This document shows, in pieces, positions 27,524 through 36,711 of a stretch of DNA of 64,000 nt. The position numbers were made by a program, and so were the translations under genes. The stretch spans positions 2,265 through 66,264 of IMG/VR virus record IMGVR_UViG_3300033075_001514, one strand, 5' to 3'. The notes under the pieces are model-generated. The model was not told the DNA's origin and did no database searches. It worked only from the letters and a program-made list of their open reading frames with translations. Position 1 is the first letter of the stretch; every line of letters starts with the position of its first letter. Origin of the DNA: a virus (lineage: Duplodnaviria > Caudoviricetes).

Positions 27524-27937
27524 CTACTCCTTTTTACTGCGTTGATAGGTTCGATTCGCGTGGCAGTTGGCGCACACGACTTCGCATTTTGCTACTTCAA
27601 GATCGATCAACTTTTGGCTTCCTAGCGTAGCCATCATAGACACGTTATACTTCTTGGCACCTTCCACATGGTCGAATTGCATAACCCAAGGCGGGAAGGT
27701 CTCTTGACAGTCCGCGCAAGGCCTGCTCTTCAGGCTTTTTATGTAGACGTTGAGGTCTCGGCGCTGTTTTTTGTTCCTCGACTTGTAGTAGTCTTTATTC
27801 TTGGTGTAATGGTCTTTCGACCTCGGGCGCATTTTTTGCTTATGGCACGACTTACAGTTGGAACGAAGTCGACCTGGTACTACTTGGTAGAATTCTACCT
27901 CTTCTTTTTCTTGATTGCACTCGCTACACGTTTTCAT
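27524..27937 (-). CDS. HNH homing endonuclease
   Basis: CADC..MQFDH..KCEVVCANCH; GTAATCT (27945-27951, minus) 7 nt upstream. Confidence 0.8.
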   Translation of the reverse strand: MKTCSECNQEKEEVEFYQVVPGRLRSNCKSCHKQKMRPRSKDHYTKNKDYYKSRNKKQRRDLNVYIKSLKSRPCADCQETFPPWVMQFDHVEGAKKYNVSMMATLGSQKLIDLEVAKCEVVCANCHANRTYQRSKKE

Positions 27938-28048
27938 GTAGCGGAGATTACCGTTCATTACTCGGTAATGAACGCCCCGTATCGGAGTCGAACCGATTTT
28001 TGCAAGGTCATTACTCTTGCCGTGGTAGCCGTTCCCACTAACGAGGCT

Positions 28049-28498
28049 TCAGTTCTTCAGCGGGTCCTTTTCCTTGGGCATCGTCTCGACGGCCTCGGAA
28101 AAGCTTTCCAGGTTCTTGACACGGTTGTGGTATTCCTTGACCGTGTCCCTCAGCTTGGCGATTTCCTGCTCGTAAAGCTCCCGGGCGTTCTTGAGTTCGT
28201 CTTGGGCCGCATGGATGTGCCCGACCAGCGAACGCTTGTCCCGCTCGAAGTTCACGATTCGATTACCAAAGGCCTCGCGGTCTCGAATCAGCATGGAGCG
28301 AAGCTGGAGGATTTCTTCCAGGGCTGTACTCAGGTCGGTCGGTAGGGGAGACTCAAGGGCTCCTGCGTGGATTTTCACTGTTGCGGCTCCAAGTCCATGA
28401 CCGTGTCTTCTTCCTTGAAGCAGCCAGCTTTGACCGCCTTGAACGTCGGTGTATTCTTGAGGTGTACTAAACCACATCGCCAGCAAAACGTCAACCAC
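28049..28498 (-). CDS. coiled-coil hypothetical protein (start uncertain)
   Basis: Heptad-rich ORF. Confidence 0.5.
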   Translation of the reverse strand: MVDVLLAMWFSTPQEYTDVQGGQSWLLQGRRHGHGLGAATVKIHAGALESPLPTDLSTALEEILQLRSMLIRDREAFGNRIVNFERDKRSLVGHIHAAQDELKNARELYEQEIAKLRDTVKEYHNRVKNLESFSEAVETMPKEKDPLKN

Positions 28499-28534
28499 GG
28501 AAGACGTTTAGGGGTCATCCAGCGATGCGGGACC

Positions 28535-28957
28535 TTATCTGACACGCCCTTTTTGGACATCATGCTTCTCCAGGTAAAAAGCCGCAGCCCTCAATCGGCT
28601 GGGGTCGTCTTTAAAGAACCCAAGGGCTCGGTTGCAGGCGTCGCAAAGCAACTCTCTTATCTTTCCGGTTTCGTGGTTATGGTCTACCACGAGCTTCAGC
28701 ACTCTACCGTTCGGCGGCCCTCTGCAAATAGCACACTTGCCATTTTGGTTTTCTACTAAGCTCCGATAGGCGACAAGCGACAGGCCGTAAGTTCTTTTGA
28801 GATGCCCTTCGATTTCTGTATTGGGATGTTTCTTCCGAGACTTCCGCACCGCCTCGTTCGTCTTCTCTTTGTTCTTCTCCCTATACCGACGCTGGTACTC
28901 GCGCATTTTCTCTTTGTTTACGAGCGCCCACTGTTTCCGTTTTTCTTTAGGTGTCAT
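28535..28957 (-). CDS. endonuclease VII-like HNH homing endonuclease
   Basis: CAICRG..LVVDHNHETGKIRELLCDACNRALG; GTAATCT (28965-28971, minus) 7 nt upstream. Confidence 0.85.
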   Translation of the reverse strand: MTPKEKRKQWALVNKEKMREYQRRYREKNKEKTNEAVRKSRKKHPNTEIEGHLKRTYGLSLVAYRSLVENQNGKCAICRGPPNGRVLKLVVDHNHETGKIRELLCDACNRALGFFKDDPSRLRAAAFYLEKHDVQKGRVR

Positions 28958-29002
28958 GCCGGACAGATTACGTTCCGTGTCCGCTGACTCGTAACGAAGT
29001 TT

Positions 29003-29800
29003 TTAGAGCCTTGGTAGGGTCACGTAGGTTCGGGTTGGGAACATCTCTCCCGCAATCTGGTGAACCGTACTCCGCAAGGCTTCGAGGCCGTGCTTTTTGT
29101 TGTTTACCAGCTTGACGTTGAACCACCAGTCCGGAATGGTGTCCTGTTCAGTCTCTGAAGCGTGCTTGGCAGCATCGCCTTCCAGTCCTCGGGCGGCAGG
29201 ATTCCAAACCTTAACGGCGATACCACCCCAGCCACGTACCGATAGGATTTCGTTGGAAAATCTCCCGTCGGTCACGATGACGACGTTGGTCTGCTTGGGC
29301 GTGGTCGAGCCGTGGATTTTGTCGTACCCGATGCGTCCGGCGAGGCACTCGTCGGCGGCCTTCTTCGCGCACTTGACCCAGACGTCCTGGTCCAAATACC
29401 GACCGAACTCCGTCCCGAGGGTCTGGAGCACGGACCTGGCGGTGATGCCCCCGGTGGAACCCAAGTCTCCGACATGGATGTGAAACCAGGAATGCAGGGC
29501 ATTGGCAACGTCCTGCCCGGGCTTGCCGGTGGCCTCTGCTACTTCGCCAATCCACCGTTCCAGCCGGGCACCAGACGAACCGTAGTTCACAGCCAGGGCC
29601 CTGCGGTCGAACGCCGTGCTGCGAAGCTCTGATGGCCCCCACAGCACGTCCTCGGGCATTTCCAGTACGTGGTACCCGAACCGCTTGATGGGGTCAGCCA
29701 GAGCGATTCGCTGGGCGAAGCCGAGTTCTTGCTCCAGCATCTCGCCGACGGTGTCCTTGCCCGAGCCAGCCTTGCCCGACAGCAAAATCAGCGGGTACAT
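29003..29800 (-). CDS. deoxynucleoside monophosphate kinase
   Basis: LSGKAGSGKDT, ALADPIK, RSVLQTLGTE, TDGRFSNE, H.SE. Confidence 0.85.
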   Translation of the reverse strand: MYPLILLSGKAGSGKDTVGEMLEQELGFAQRIALADPIKRFGYHVLEMPEDVLWGPSELRSTAFDRRALAVNYGSSGARLERWIGEVAEATGKPGQDVANALHSWFHIHVGDLGSTGGITARSVLQTLGTEFGRYLDQDVWVKCAKKAADECLAGRIGYDKIHGSTTPKQTNVVIVTDGRFSNEILSVRGWGGIAVKVWNPAARGLEGDAAKHASETEQDTIPDWWFNVKLVNNKKHGLEALRSTVHQIAGEMFPTRTYVTLPRL

Positions 29801-30740
29801 TACTTGCCCCCGGTGAACTCGGCCATGTCAACCGAAGCGGTGTGGATGACCTCGTTGTTCTCGTACGTCTTGAGCGCATCACCCAGCATTGCGACTCGCA
29901 ACAGGCCCAGGGCGACGACCGTCTTGAAGGGGTCAGTGCCCATCAGGGCGGCGATGAGCGCACCCAGACCGCAGAACACGATGGTCCGGGTAATCAGACC
30001 TGCGCCACGGATGAAGACGATTTTGCCAGCGATCTTCTTCGACGCCGTCAAGCACTCGTCGTCGGTGAGGTTCTTGCCTCGCATGGCTGCTGCGATTTTC
30101 AGTTCGTCCGCTGCGGCCTTCAGTCGTGAATCGATGCTCATCGTCTTGCCTTTCGTTTGGCGAGGATTTTCTCGCGTGCTTCTGCCCTGATGTTCGTACC
30201 GATGACCCACGCAGCCACGTCTTCCAGACGCATCTCGTAGGTGTTGTGGTAGTTCTTCGGCCTTACTACCACGAGGTTGCTGGAGCGGTCAATGGTGACC
30301 GTCGCTTCGGACTTGGTGTTGAACGCCCGAGGGCCGCCGTAGACCTTGAAGATGGACTTAGACATCGCGCTGCGCCTCCTCGACGGCGGGCGTCATACGG
30401 ACAACCGTGTGGCCTCTCGACGCGACTCGTCGTGCGGCAGCTTCGGAGTCGTACACGAACACGCCCGGCTGGCCATTGCGAACGAGAACGTACAAATCTC
30501 GCACCTTGGTCGCCTTCACTTCTGTCGCGTCCATTAGAACCCCACCTGCTCGACGCTGACCACGCGCCCGAAGTCGGTGTCCTGGCCGGGACCACAAGAA
30601 ACGTAGCTGCGCGGCTGGTTGAGGTACCGCACGCTGATGCCGTTGGGGGTTGCGTAGCTGACACGGCACATCACGAAGTCCTTGGCCTTCATGAGCTTGA
30701 TGCGACAGTATTCGGCGTTGAAGGGCAACGTGTCGAGCAT
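29800..30740 (-). other. small hypothetical CDS (29800..30141, 30138..30365, 30534..30740 and one between)
   Basis: Coupled ORFs under promoter 30771-30799. Confidence 0.55.
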
Positions 30741-30770
30741 GGGCGTCTCCGTTCGTCGAGTGTGGAATAC

Positions 30771-30799
30771 GTTATACAGTAAACCCAGCCAGATGTCAA
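30771..30799 (-). promoter_or_regulatory. early promoter
   Basis: TTGACA-N17-TATAAC; leadered, with GGAG SD before ATG 30740. Confidence 0.7.
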
Positions 30800-30802
30800 G
30801 AC

Positions 30803-31909
30803 TCAGCGGCACAGCGAGTTGTTGACGATGGTCGTCAAGTCCTGGGGCAAAGACATGGCCCTGATGTCCTTCAGGGTCGCAGAGAGTCCCATTGCCAGAG
30901 CCTGCCATTCCTTGTCGGTCGCGTTCACAAATAGTAGAGTCGTGTACCCCGCGCAAGTCCCTACGACTCCTGCGACGCTTTTGTAGGGCGCGTTGTAGCT
31001 CTGGGGCGATTCGTCCGACAACATCACGATGACCCGCTTGGCCCCCTGATTCCAGGTCAGTCCCAGAGTTCCCGAACAAATTCCGTGCATTGCATCGAGG
31101 GTCGGTTCGTCACCGGAACCCCGAATCGCTTTTTGGGCCAAGAAGAACGTAGCGAAACTGTTGGCGTCCGTGAAGTCCGTGATGAGGGTTGGGCCGATGA
31201 CCGCAATCCAGTACGGGTCGCCTGGGGTCAAGGGCGTCTCAGGCGGCGCCGCAATCAAAGCCCACCGAATGGCGGTGTCATTCGCATACCTGGCCGCAAA
31301 GCCCGTGACTGACATGGCGATGGAGTTCGCGATGGTGGTCATCGAGCCAGAGTTGTCCATCACGAACACGATGTCGATTGGCATTGTGACGGCCAGTTCT
31401 TCGTCGATTTGACCGTCACAGTCATTGTCGACACCGTCACAAGTCTCGGCCTGGGGTAATACCTGGCCGCTGCACTCCATTTGCCCGCGTACGCACCTGT
31501 TGACGCCAGGTCTGCAGGGGCCGTTCGTGACGGTCGACCTCGGGACACCTTCGTAGCAAAAAGCCACGTCCCCGGTGATTTCGTCCACGAGCCCATTGCA
31601 GTCGTTGTCGTACCCATCGCAGACTTCCGGCCCAGTGGGCCTGCAGCAACCCGGCAAGAACTCGTCTGTCTGGCCGTCGCAGTCGTTGTCGGCACCGTCG
31701 CAGACCTCGGCCGTGGGAAAAACCTCACCCTGGCAGACCTGTTCGCCTCCATCCTCGGCACACGCCAAAATCCCGTACTTACAAGGGCTTCGGACGTCCT
31801 CGTTGAACCCGGAATAGCATTCTCGGCCGCATTCCGTAACGGGCTTGACAATGACGGTTTCGCACGTACAGCCCACGACCAACAGGACCAGCAGCCCGAT
31901 TCGGTTCAT
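30803..31909 (-). CDS. lipoprotein with Cys-rich (MopE-like/myxobacterial) repeats and vWA domain
   Basis: Lipobox VVGC; three E.CDG.DNDC.G..DE repeats; DIVFVMDNSGSM MIDAS motif. Confidence 0.8.
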   Translation of the reverse strand: MNRIGLLVLLVVGCTCETVIVKPVTECGRECYSGFNEDVRSPCKYGILACAEDGGEQVCQGEVFPTAEVCDGADNDCDGQTDEFLPGCCRPTGPEVCDGYDNDCNGLVDEITGDVAFCYEGVPRSTVTNGPCRPGVNRCVRGQMECSGQVLPQAETCDGVDNDCDGQIDEELAVTMPIDIVFVMDNSGSMTTIANSIAMSVTGFAARYANDTAIRWALIAAPPETPLTPGDPYWIAVIGPTLITDFTDANSFATFFLAQKAIRGSGDEPTLDAMHGICSGTLGLTWNQGAKRVIVMLSDESPQSYNAPYKSVAGVVGTCAGYTTLLFVNATDKEWQALAMGLSATLKDIRAMSLPQDLTTIVNNSLCR

Positions 31910-32154
31910 TTCTTCTCCAAGCGCTTCTTGAGTTCCATGCCCAAGACACCACCAATGAAAATTCCCACCAAGTAGGGCATGGCCAACGCCGTGTCCTTGC
32001 TGATATCGACGAACACGTATAGAACGCATCCCGTCAACAAGGTGTTCATGGTCGCAGCCAGCAGGGTTCGGTTCTGGGCAGTGAGGTAAAACACCAGGGT
32101 CGCCATCAGGTCGACGCCGACTCCTGACAAGAATGGACCCAAAAACCGAAGCAT
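31906..32154 (-). CDS. small membrane protein
   Basis: Hydrophobic 82 aa; TTGACG-N17-TATGCA-N6-ATG upstream. Confidence 0.65.
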   Translation of the reverse strand: MLRFLGPFLSGVGVDLMATLVFYLTAQNRTLLAATMNTLLTGCVLYVFVDISKDTALAMPYLVGIFIGGVLGMELKKRLEKK

Positions 32155-32160
32155 CGTAGG

Positions 32161-32199
32161 TGCATATCAGATGGACAGCGGCCCGTCAAGGCGTAATCT
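32161..32199. promoter_or_regulatory. back-to-back early (-) and late (+) promoters
   Basis: Minus -10 32161-32166 and -35 32184-32189; GTAATCT 32193-32199. Confidence 0.7.
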
Positions 32200-32206
32200 C
32201 TAAACC

Positions 32207-34774
32207 ATGTCAACCCTCCAATCCGGTCGCGTGTATTTGTCCATCGCCACCGACTCCACCAGCAAAGAGCTAATTCGTGCCACGAGGGCGGACGACCCTG
32301 ACCGTGTGCGTCAGATTCACCAAGCAATTGAAACCGCGAACGATTTGTGGCGTTCATGGGCTCTTGCGAACTCAGGCGAAATCCTTTCGGCCAGTGGCTC
32401 GGAACTCAGGATTCGCATCCCAACCGAAAAACTGAACGATGTCGGGGACCTGCGTCGTCGCTACGCTACCTCGACCGACTCGACCGTCAGTATCGGCTTC
32501 GGGACCAAGCTGTCCGAGGCTGACCAGGCCTTGAAGGCTGCCCAGTCGACTGGTGGCGACCAGATTCTGATGTACAGCCCCAAAATCCTGGACCTCATTC
32601 AGGAGCAAGAAGAACCTGACAAGCCCGCACTGAAGAAGGCCGACGACATCGGCATGAACAAGCCAGCGGCCGGTGGGGGCATGACTGCTGCTCAAGAGCC
32701 CATGGCCCCCGCTGCCATCGCTACGGAAGGCGAGGCTTCGGAGCACGAAGAGAACGAAGCTCTGCGCGAGCAGATGGCGAACGGTGGCGACGTCCAGAAT
32801 CCCGCCGACGACATCCATGCGCAACTCGGCCAGATGGCTACGCAACAGGCTCAGAAGGACGACCAGGAAGCCCAGGCTCAGCAGGCCCAGCAGCAACAGG
32901 CCCAGGGCCAGGACGACATCCGTTCGCAAGTAGTGAAGATCCTGAAGGTCTTCAAGGACCGCTCGCAGGAACTGGAAGGTCTCCAGGAACAAGACCCAGA
33001 GCTTTACGAGTCCCTGACTGGCATGCTGCAAATCATGATTCAGATGTCGAAGGACTACTTCGGCGCACAGGTCAACGAGCAGGACGCACAGCAGGTCCAG
33101 AAGTCCGAAGACCTGTTCAAGGCCCTCCCCCGCAACGAGGCCGAGAATCAGGCCAACATGCAGCACGAGTCCGTTCTTCAGGACATGGTCGGCGAAAAGG
33201 GCACGACACGCGCAGGCACAGACTTGCCTGCTGAAGTCAAGGTGGGCCAGCGCACCAGCATCGGACCGATGGGGAACCTGAGGCCCGAGAAGCGGACCCA
33301 GAGTTCGCAAAACCGCACGATGACTGCCAACTATCAAAACAAATCCGGCTACGGTTTGAAGTTCGTAGAAGGTCCGAATGCCGTGGCCGGTGTCTACGAC
33401 ACTTTGGATCCTCTGGAAGCCGAAACTCACGCTCAATTTCCAATTCCTGGTTTTAGAGGGGCCAATGGGAACTGGCGCTTCGAGCACCTTCCCACTTACG
33501 GAGGTCCGCTGAACGCTCCCAATCGGCCCGTCATTTCCTCCCGCGTGGAGGCCGTTGCCGGTGACGGTAGTCGCGTCCAATTCAAGTTGACGCCGACAGG
33601 TGTCCAGGTTCACCCGGACTACGATGGGAGCCTCAATAGCCGCGCTACGCCCGAGATGGTCGAACACCTCAACCAGCACACGGCCCACCTGCGCAACAGC
33701 CTCGACCCGAACGCAAGTCAGTTCGGTACCGATGCCGTCCACCCCGCCATCGCGGCTAGCTCTGCGGCCAAAATCCCGAACGCAGCCGAGATGCGTAGCG
33801 CGATGGGTCGTTCGCCCGTCTTCAAGAAAAAGCTCGGCAAGGCCGACTTGATGCCCGGCGGCAAGGGCGACAATAAGCCCGACACCGACTTCGACCACGA
33901 AGAACTCGCTGCAGGTATCAGGGCTGAAGCCTCGGAGCACGGTCTCGACCTGGCCAGGGCCAAAGAGGTCGCCAAGGACCACCTGACCGAAGACCCGAAG
34001 TACTACACCAAGCTGAAGGTAATGGAAAAGGCTTGGCCTCGCAATGAACATGAGAACAAGGCCAATGCCGCAGCCCATCCAGTCATGGAAGACGCAATCC
34101 TGGAACAGGGTGGCGGCAAGGAAGTCCACGACCGCTATGAAGCCCCGCGCGCAATCTCCAGGGCGCTCATAACCCACAACCTGCACCGAGAAAACCGTTC
34201 TGCTGCGGCACAGGTCGGGTATGACGAAGCCTCTACCGCTGAGGAGGGCAACGCAACATACGACAACGCAGCCCTTCAGGACCCCGGCGGTCGTATTCCT
34301 CGAATTCCGTTGGAGCCCCACAACACTTGGGAACCTACGGTCGAGTACCCCGCCAAGAGCAACCCCAATTACGGGGACGGCTACAACGACCACGCCTTCT
34401 GGAACGGTGTCGACCACCTGACTACTCCGGGCCACGTCGGCAATCCGGACCCCCATTCGAACGCCGCCCAAATTCCAAACAAGGCAGACATGATGGCGGC
34501 CAAGGCTCGCTCGCCAATCATGGCCAGGGCCAAGCAGGACATGTCTAAAGCGGCCCTCGAAGCAGGCAAAACCGGTCGCCACCAGGTCAATTACCCCGTT
34601 GGCACGCAAATTGACGGCGCACCAGCAGGTGGCAAGGACGCTGGACAGCTAAAAGTCCAAGACCCGGTGACCGGCAAGACAAAATGGCGCTCGGTTAGGG
34701 CCGGAATCGTCATGGCACCCGACGGAACGCCGACTTCGAGCCGTAATCCAGGCGGTTCGGGCGGCGGCCAGTGA
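32207..34774 (+). CDS. 855-aa multi-module protein: degenerate mCpol/GGDEF-like domain, Gln-rich helical region, DUF5661-like module, repeated modules
   Basis: TVSIGFGTKLSEADQALKAA; PGGKGD..EH..A.DHL.EDPKYYTKL. Confidence 0.65.
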   Translation: MSTLQSGRVYLSIATDSTSKELIRATRADDPDRVRQIHQAIETANDLWRSWALANSGEILSASGSELRIRIPTEKLNDVGDLRRRYATSTDSTVSIGFGTKLSEADQALKAAQSTGGDQILMYSPKILDLIQEQEEPDKPALKKADDIGMNKPAAGGGMTAAQEPMAPAAIATEGEASEHEENEALREQMANGGDVQNPADDIHAQLGQMATQQAQKDDQEAQAQQAQQQQAQGQDDIRSQVVKILKVFKDRSQELEGLQEQDPELYESLTGMLQIMIQMSKDYFGAQVNEQDAQQVQKSEDLFKALPRNEAENQANMQHESVLQDMVGEKGTTRAGTDLPAEVKVGQRTSIGPMGNLRPEKRTQSSQNRTMTANYQNKSGYGLKFVEGPNAVAGVYDTLDPLEAETHAQFPIPGFRGANGNWRFEHLPTYGGPLNAPNRPVISSRVEAVAGDGSRVQFKLTPTGVQVHPDYDGSLNSRATPEMVEHLNQHTAHLRNSLDPNASQFGTDAVHPAIAASSAAKIPNAAEMRSAMGRSPVFKKKLGKADLMPGGKGDNKPDTDFDHEELAAGIRAEASEHGLDLARAKEVAKDHLTEDPKYYTKLKVMEKAWPRNEHENKANAAAHPVMEDAILEQGGGKEVHDRYEAPRAISRALITHNLHRENRSAAAQVGYDEASTAEEGNATYDNAALQDPGGRIPRIPLEPHNTWEPTVEYPAKSNPNYGDGYNDHAFWNGVDHLTTPGHVGNPDPHSNAAQIPNKADMMAAKARSPIMARAKQDMSKAALEAGKTGRHQVNYPVGTQIDGAPAGGKDAGQLKVQDPVTGKTKWRSVRAGIVMAPDGTPTSSRNPGGSGGGQ

Positions 34775-35595
34775 TTTTCTTGAACATAGACCTCTCTGCG
34801 GCCCTCGAACTCCGGAAAGAATTCGAGCCGAAGGTCCAAAGAGCGATGAACGAAGCCGCGAGAGACCTCGCGACGCAGGTCCATGCCCACATTCTTGAAG
34901 AAGTCCAGCAAAAACTGCACTCGACACGCGAAAAGTACATCGCGGGGCTCGATTTCAAGCAAATCAACGACTCGACATGGGTGATTTCACTCGACAAGAC
35001 CGCAATGTGGATTGAAGAGGGCATGCCAGAGCACGAAATGCTTGACAATCTCCTCAGTTCGCCCAAGGCCAAGACCGCCAAGGACGGCTCGAAGTACCTG
35101 GTCGTGCCTTTTGACCACAAAACAGGCCCAACCCAGCAGACTCAGGCACAAAAGTCGCTCACGGACACCATCAAGCAAGAGATGGCCAAGCGCAAAATCC
35201 CGTACGGCAAGGTCGAGACCGACGCTGACGGCAAGCCCAAAATCGGACTACTGCACAAATTCGACGTTCTCAAGTCCCCGCTCAAGACCCAGAACGGCCC
35301 AGGTCAAGGCAAGGGGCCGATCGGCCAGGTCCGACAAGGCCCTACAGGTATCCCCTTCCTTCAGGGTGTGCGCGTGTACCAGAAAAAAATCAAGGACGCA
35401 GCAGGTAAAGAAGGCGTCAAGCGAGGCATCATGACCTTCAGGGTCGCCTCAAGCAAGCACAAGGGCTCGGGTCGGTGGGTTCACCCAGGCCTGGAAGCCA
35501 AGCGGTTCTTTGAAGAGGCCCAAGAGTGGGCGCTCAATCAGTGGACCGAGAAAATCATGCCAGACATCATGAGGCGTCTTGAGAGTTCCCTTTAA
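34771..35595 (+). CDS. putative neck/tail-completion structural protein
   Basis: MTFRVASSK..WVHPG motif recalled from SPO1/Twort-type morphogenesis genes; synteny. Confidence 0.5.
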   Translation: MIFLNIDLSAALELRKEFEPKVQRAMNEAARDLATQVHAHILEEVQQKLHSTREKYIAGLDFKQINDSTWVISLDKTAMWIEEGMPEHEMLDNLLSSPKAKTAKDGSKYLVVPFDHKTGPTQQTQAQKSLTDTIKQEMAKRKIPYGKVETDADGKPKIGLLHKFDVLKSPLKTQNGPGQGKGPIGQVRQGPTGIPFLQGVRVYQKKIKDAAGKEGVKRGIMTFRVASSKHKGSGRWVHPGLEAKRFFEEAQEWALNQWTEKIMPDIMRRLESSL

Positions 35596-35905
35596 GGGCG
35601 CTTTTGACGGTCTGGAGTGCTCTCAAGGTCGTATTCAGGGCGTCGACCATGTCCGTGGCGCTGATTCGGTCATGCGGGTACGTCGCATTGAATTCGTTGG
35701 CGGTCTTGACCATGGCTTCCATGATGGCCGACCTGGTCGAGCGCAGCCAATCGGCCCTGTAGCCTTCGACCTTCAGGCCCGCTGCGATGCGGTCCTTCAT
35801 GATTTGGCGCTGTAGGGCGCCCCACCTGAGCTTGACCTTCTCGGAGGTCACTGCGTAGTGGATAATTCCTGCCGCTGCTTCGATTTGTTCTTTGGTGAGC
35901 TTCAT
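35567..35905 (-). CDS. hypothetical protein
   Basis: TGgTATGAT-N6-ATG upstream. Confidence 0.6.
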   Translation of the reverse strand: MKLTKEQIEAAAGIIHYAVTSEKVKLRWGALQRQIMKDRIAAGLKVEGYRADWLRSTRSAIMEAMVKTANEFNATYPHDRISATDMVDALNTTLRALQTVKSALKGNSQDAS

Positions 35906-35995
35906 GCAGTCATCATACCATGTAATCTTTTCTTCGTTCTCAGGTTGCCGTGCCGAACACGGGTAATCTTCAGGTTGTTCATCAGGAGTCACTAA

Positions 35996-36397
35996 ATGGC
36001 TATCTCAATCCGTACCACCCTTCGCAACACCCGGCTCGACGCCATCACCACCGACGTCGGTGCGACTGGCACGCTGCGATTCTATGACGGCACCCCTCCC
36101 GCCTCGGCCAACGCTGCACTCTCGGGTAACACCCTTCTGGCAACGCTGAACTGCTCTGCGACCTTCGCCCCCGCCTCTGCTTCTGGCGTTCTGACTGCCA
36201 ACGCGATTTCGTCTGCGACGGCCGCTGCAACTGGCACCGCGAGCTTCTTCCGCTTGCTGCGCCCTGACGGTACGACTGTCGTCCTCCAAGGCACTGTCAA
36301 CACCTCGGGCGCCGACCTCAACCTCAACAGCGTCAGCATCACTTCGGGCGGTACCGTCTCGGTGTCCTCGTTCGTGCTCACCGAAGCCAACGCCTAA
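35996..36397 (+). CDS. small virion/fibre-associated protein
   Basis: RNTRLDAIT..LRFYDGT.P..LLATL..ATGTASFFR..G.V..SGADLNL family pattern; GTAATCT at 35963 plus AGGAG SD. Confidence 0.65.
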   Translation: MAISIRTTLRNTRLDAITTDVGATGTLRFYDGTPPASANAALSGNTLLATLNCSATFAPASASGVLTANAISSATAAATGTASFFRLLRPDGTTVVLQGTVNTSGADLNLNSVSITSGGTVSVSSFVLTEANA

Positions 36398-36411
36398 TTG
36401 AAAGGTGAGTC

Positions 36412-36702
36412 ATGGCTAGCGGGACCGGTACTGCGACAATCGACTTTGGTGCCCTTCCAGGCGCCAACGAAGCGTCTGTCGTTGTCACCGGCATCGCTGC
36501 CATTGGCGGCAGCGCCAAAGCCGAAGCGTTTTTTATGCGCTCGACGAGCGCCGACCACACAGCCAACGACCATTCGTACGCTGCCATGCTGTGTGGCCTG
36601 TCGACTGGTAACGTGACTGCCGCAACCGGATTTACCATCTACGCCCGCTCTACAGAAAAATTGACCGGGGAATTCACGCTCCAGTATGTGTGGGCGGACT
36701 AA
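36412..36702 (+). CDS. small virion/fibre-associated protein
   Basis: Beta-rich small protein inside fibre module. Confidence 0.55.
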   Translation: MASGTGTATIDFGALPGANEASVVVTGIAAIGGSAKAEAFFMRSTSADHTANDHSYAAMLCGLSTGNVTAATGFTIYARSTEKLTGEFTLQYVWAD

Positions 36703-36711
36703 GGAAACATC

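Noticed and set aside
32372-34609. 745-aa minus-strand ORF (similarly 46418..48613, 42628..43557, 14723..15676, 55563..56642)
   Set aside because: Antisense shadows of motif-bearing genes, expected in GC-rich codon-biased DNA; no motifs or promoters of their own.
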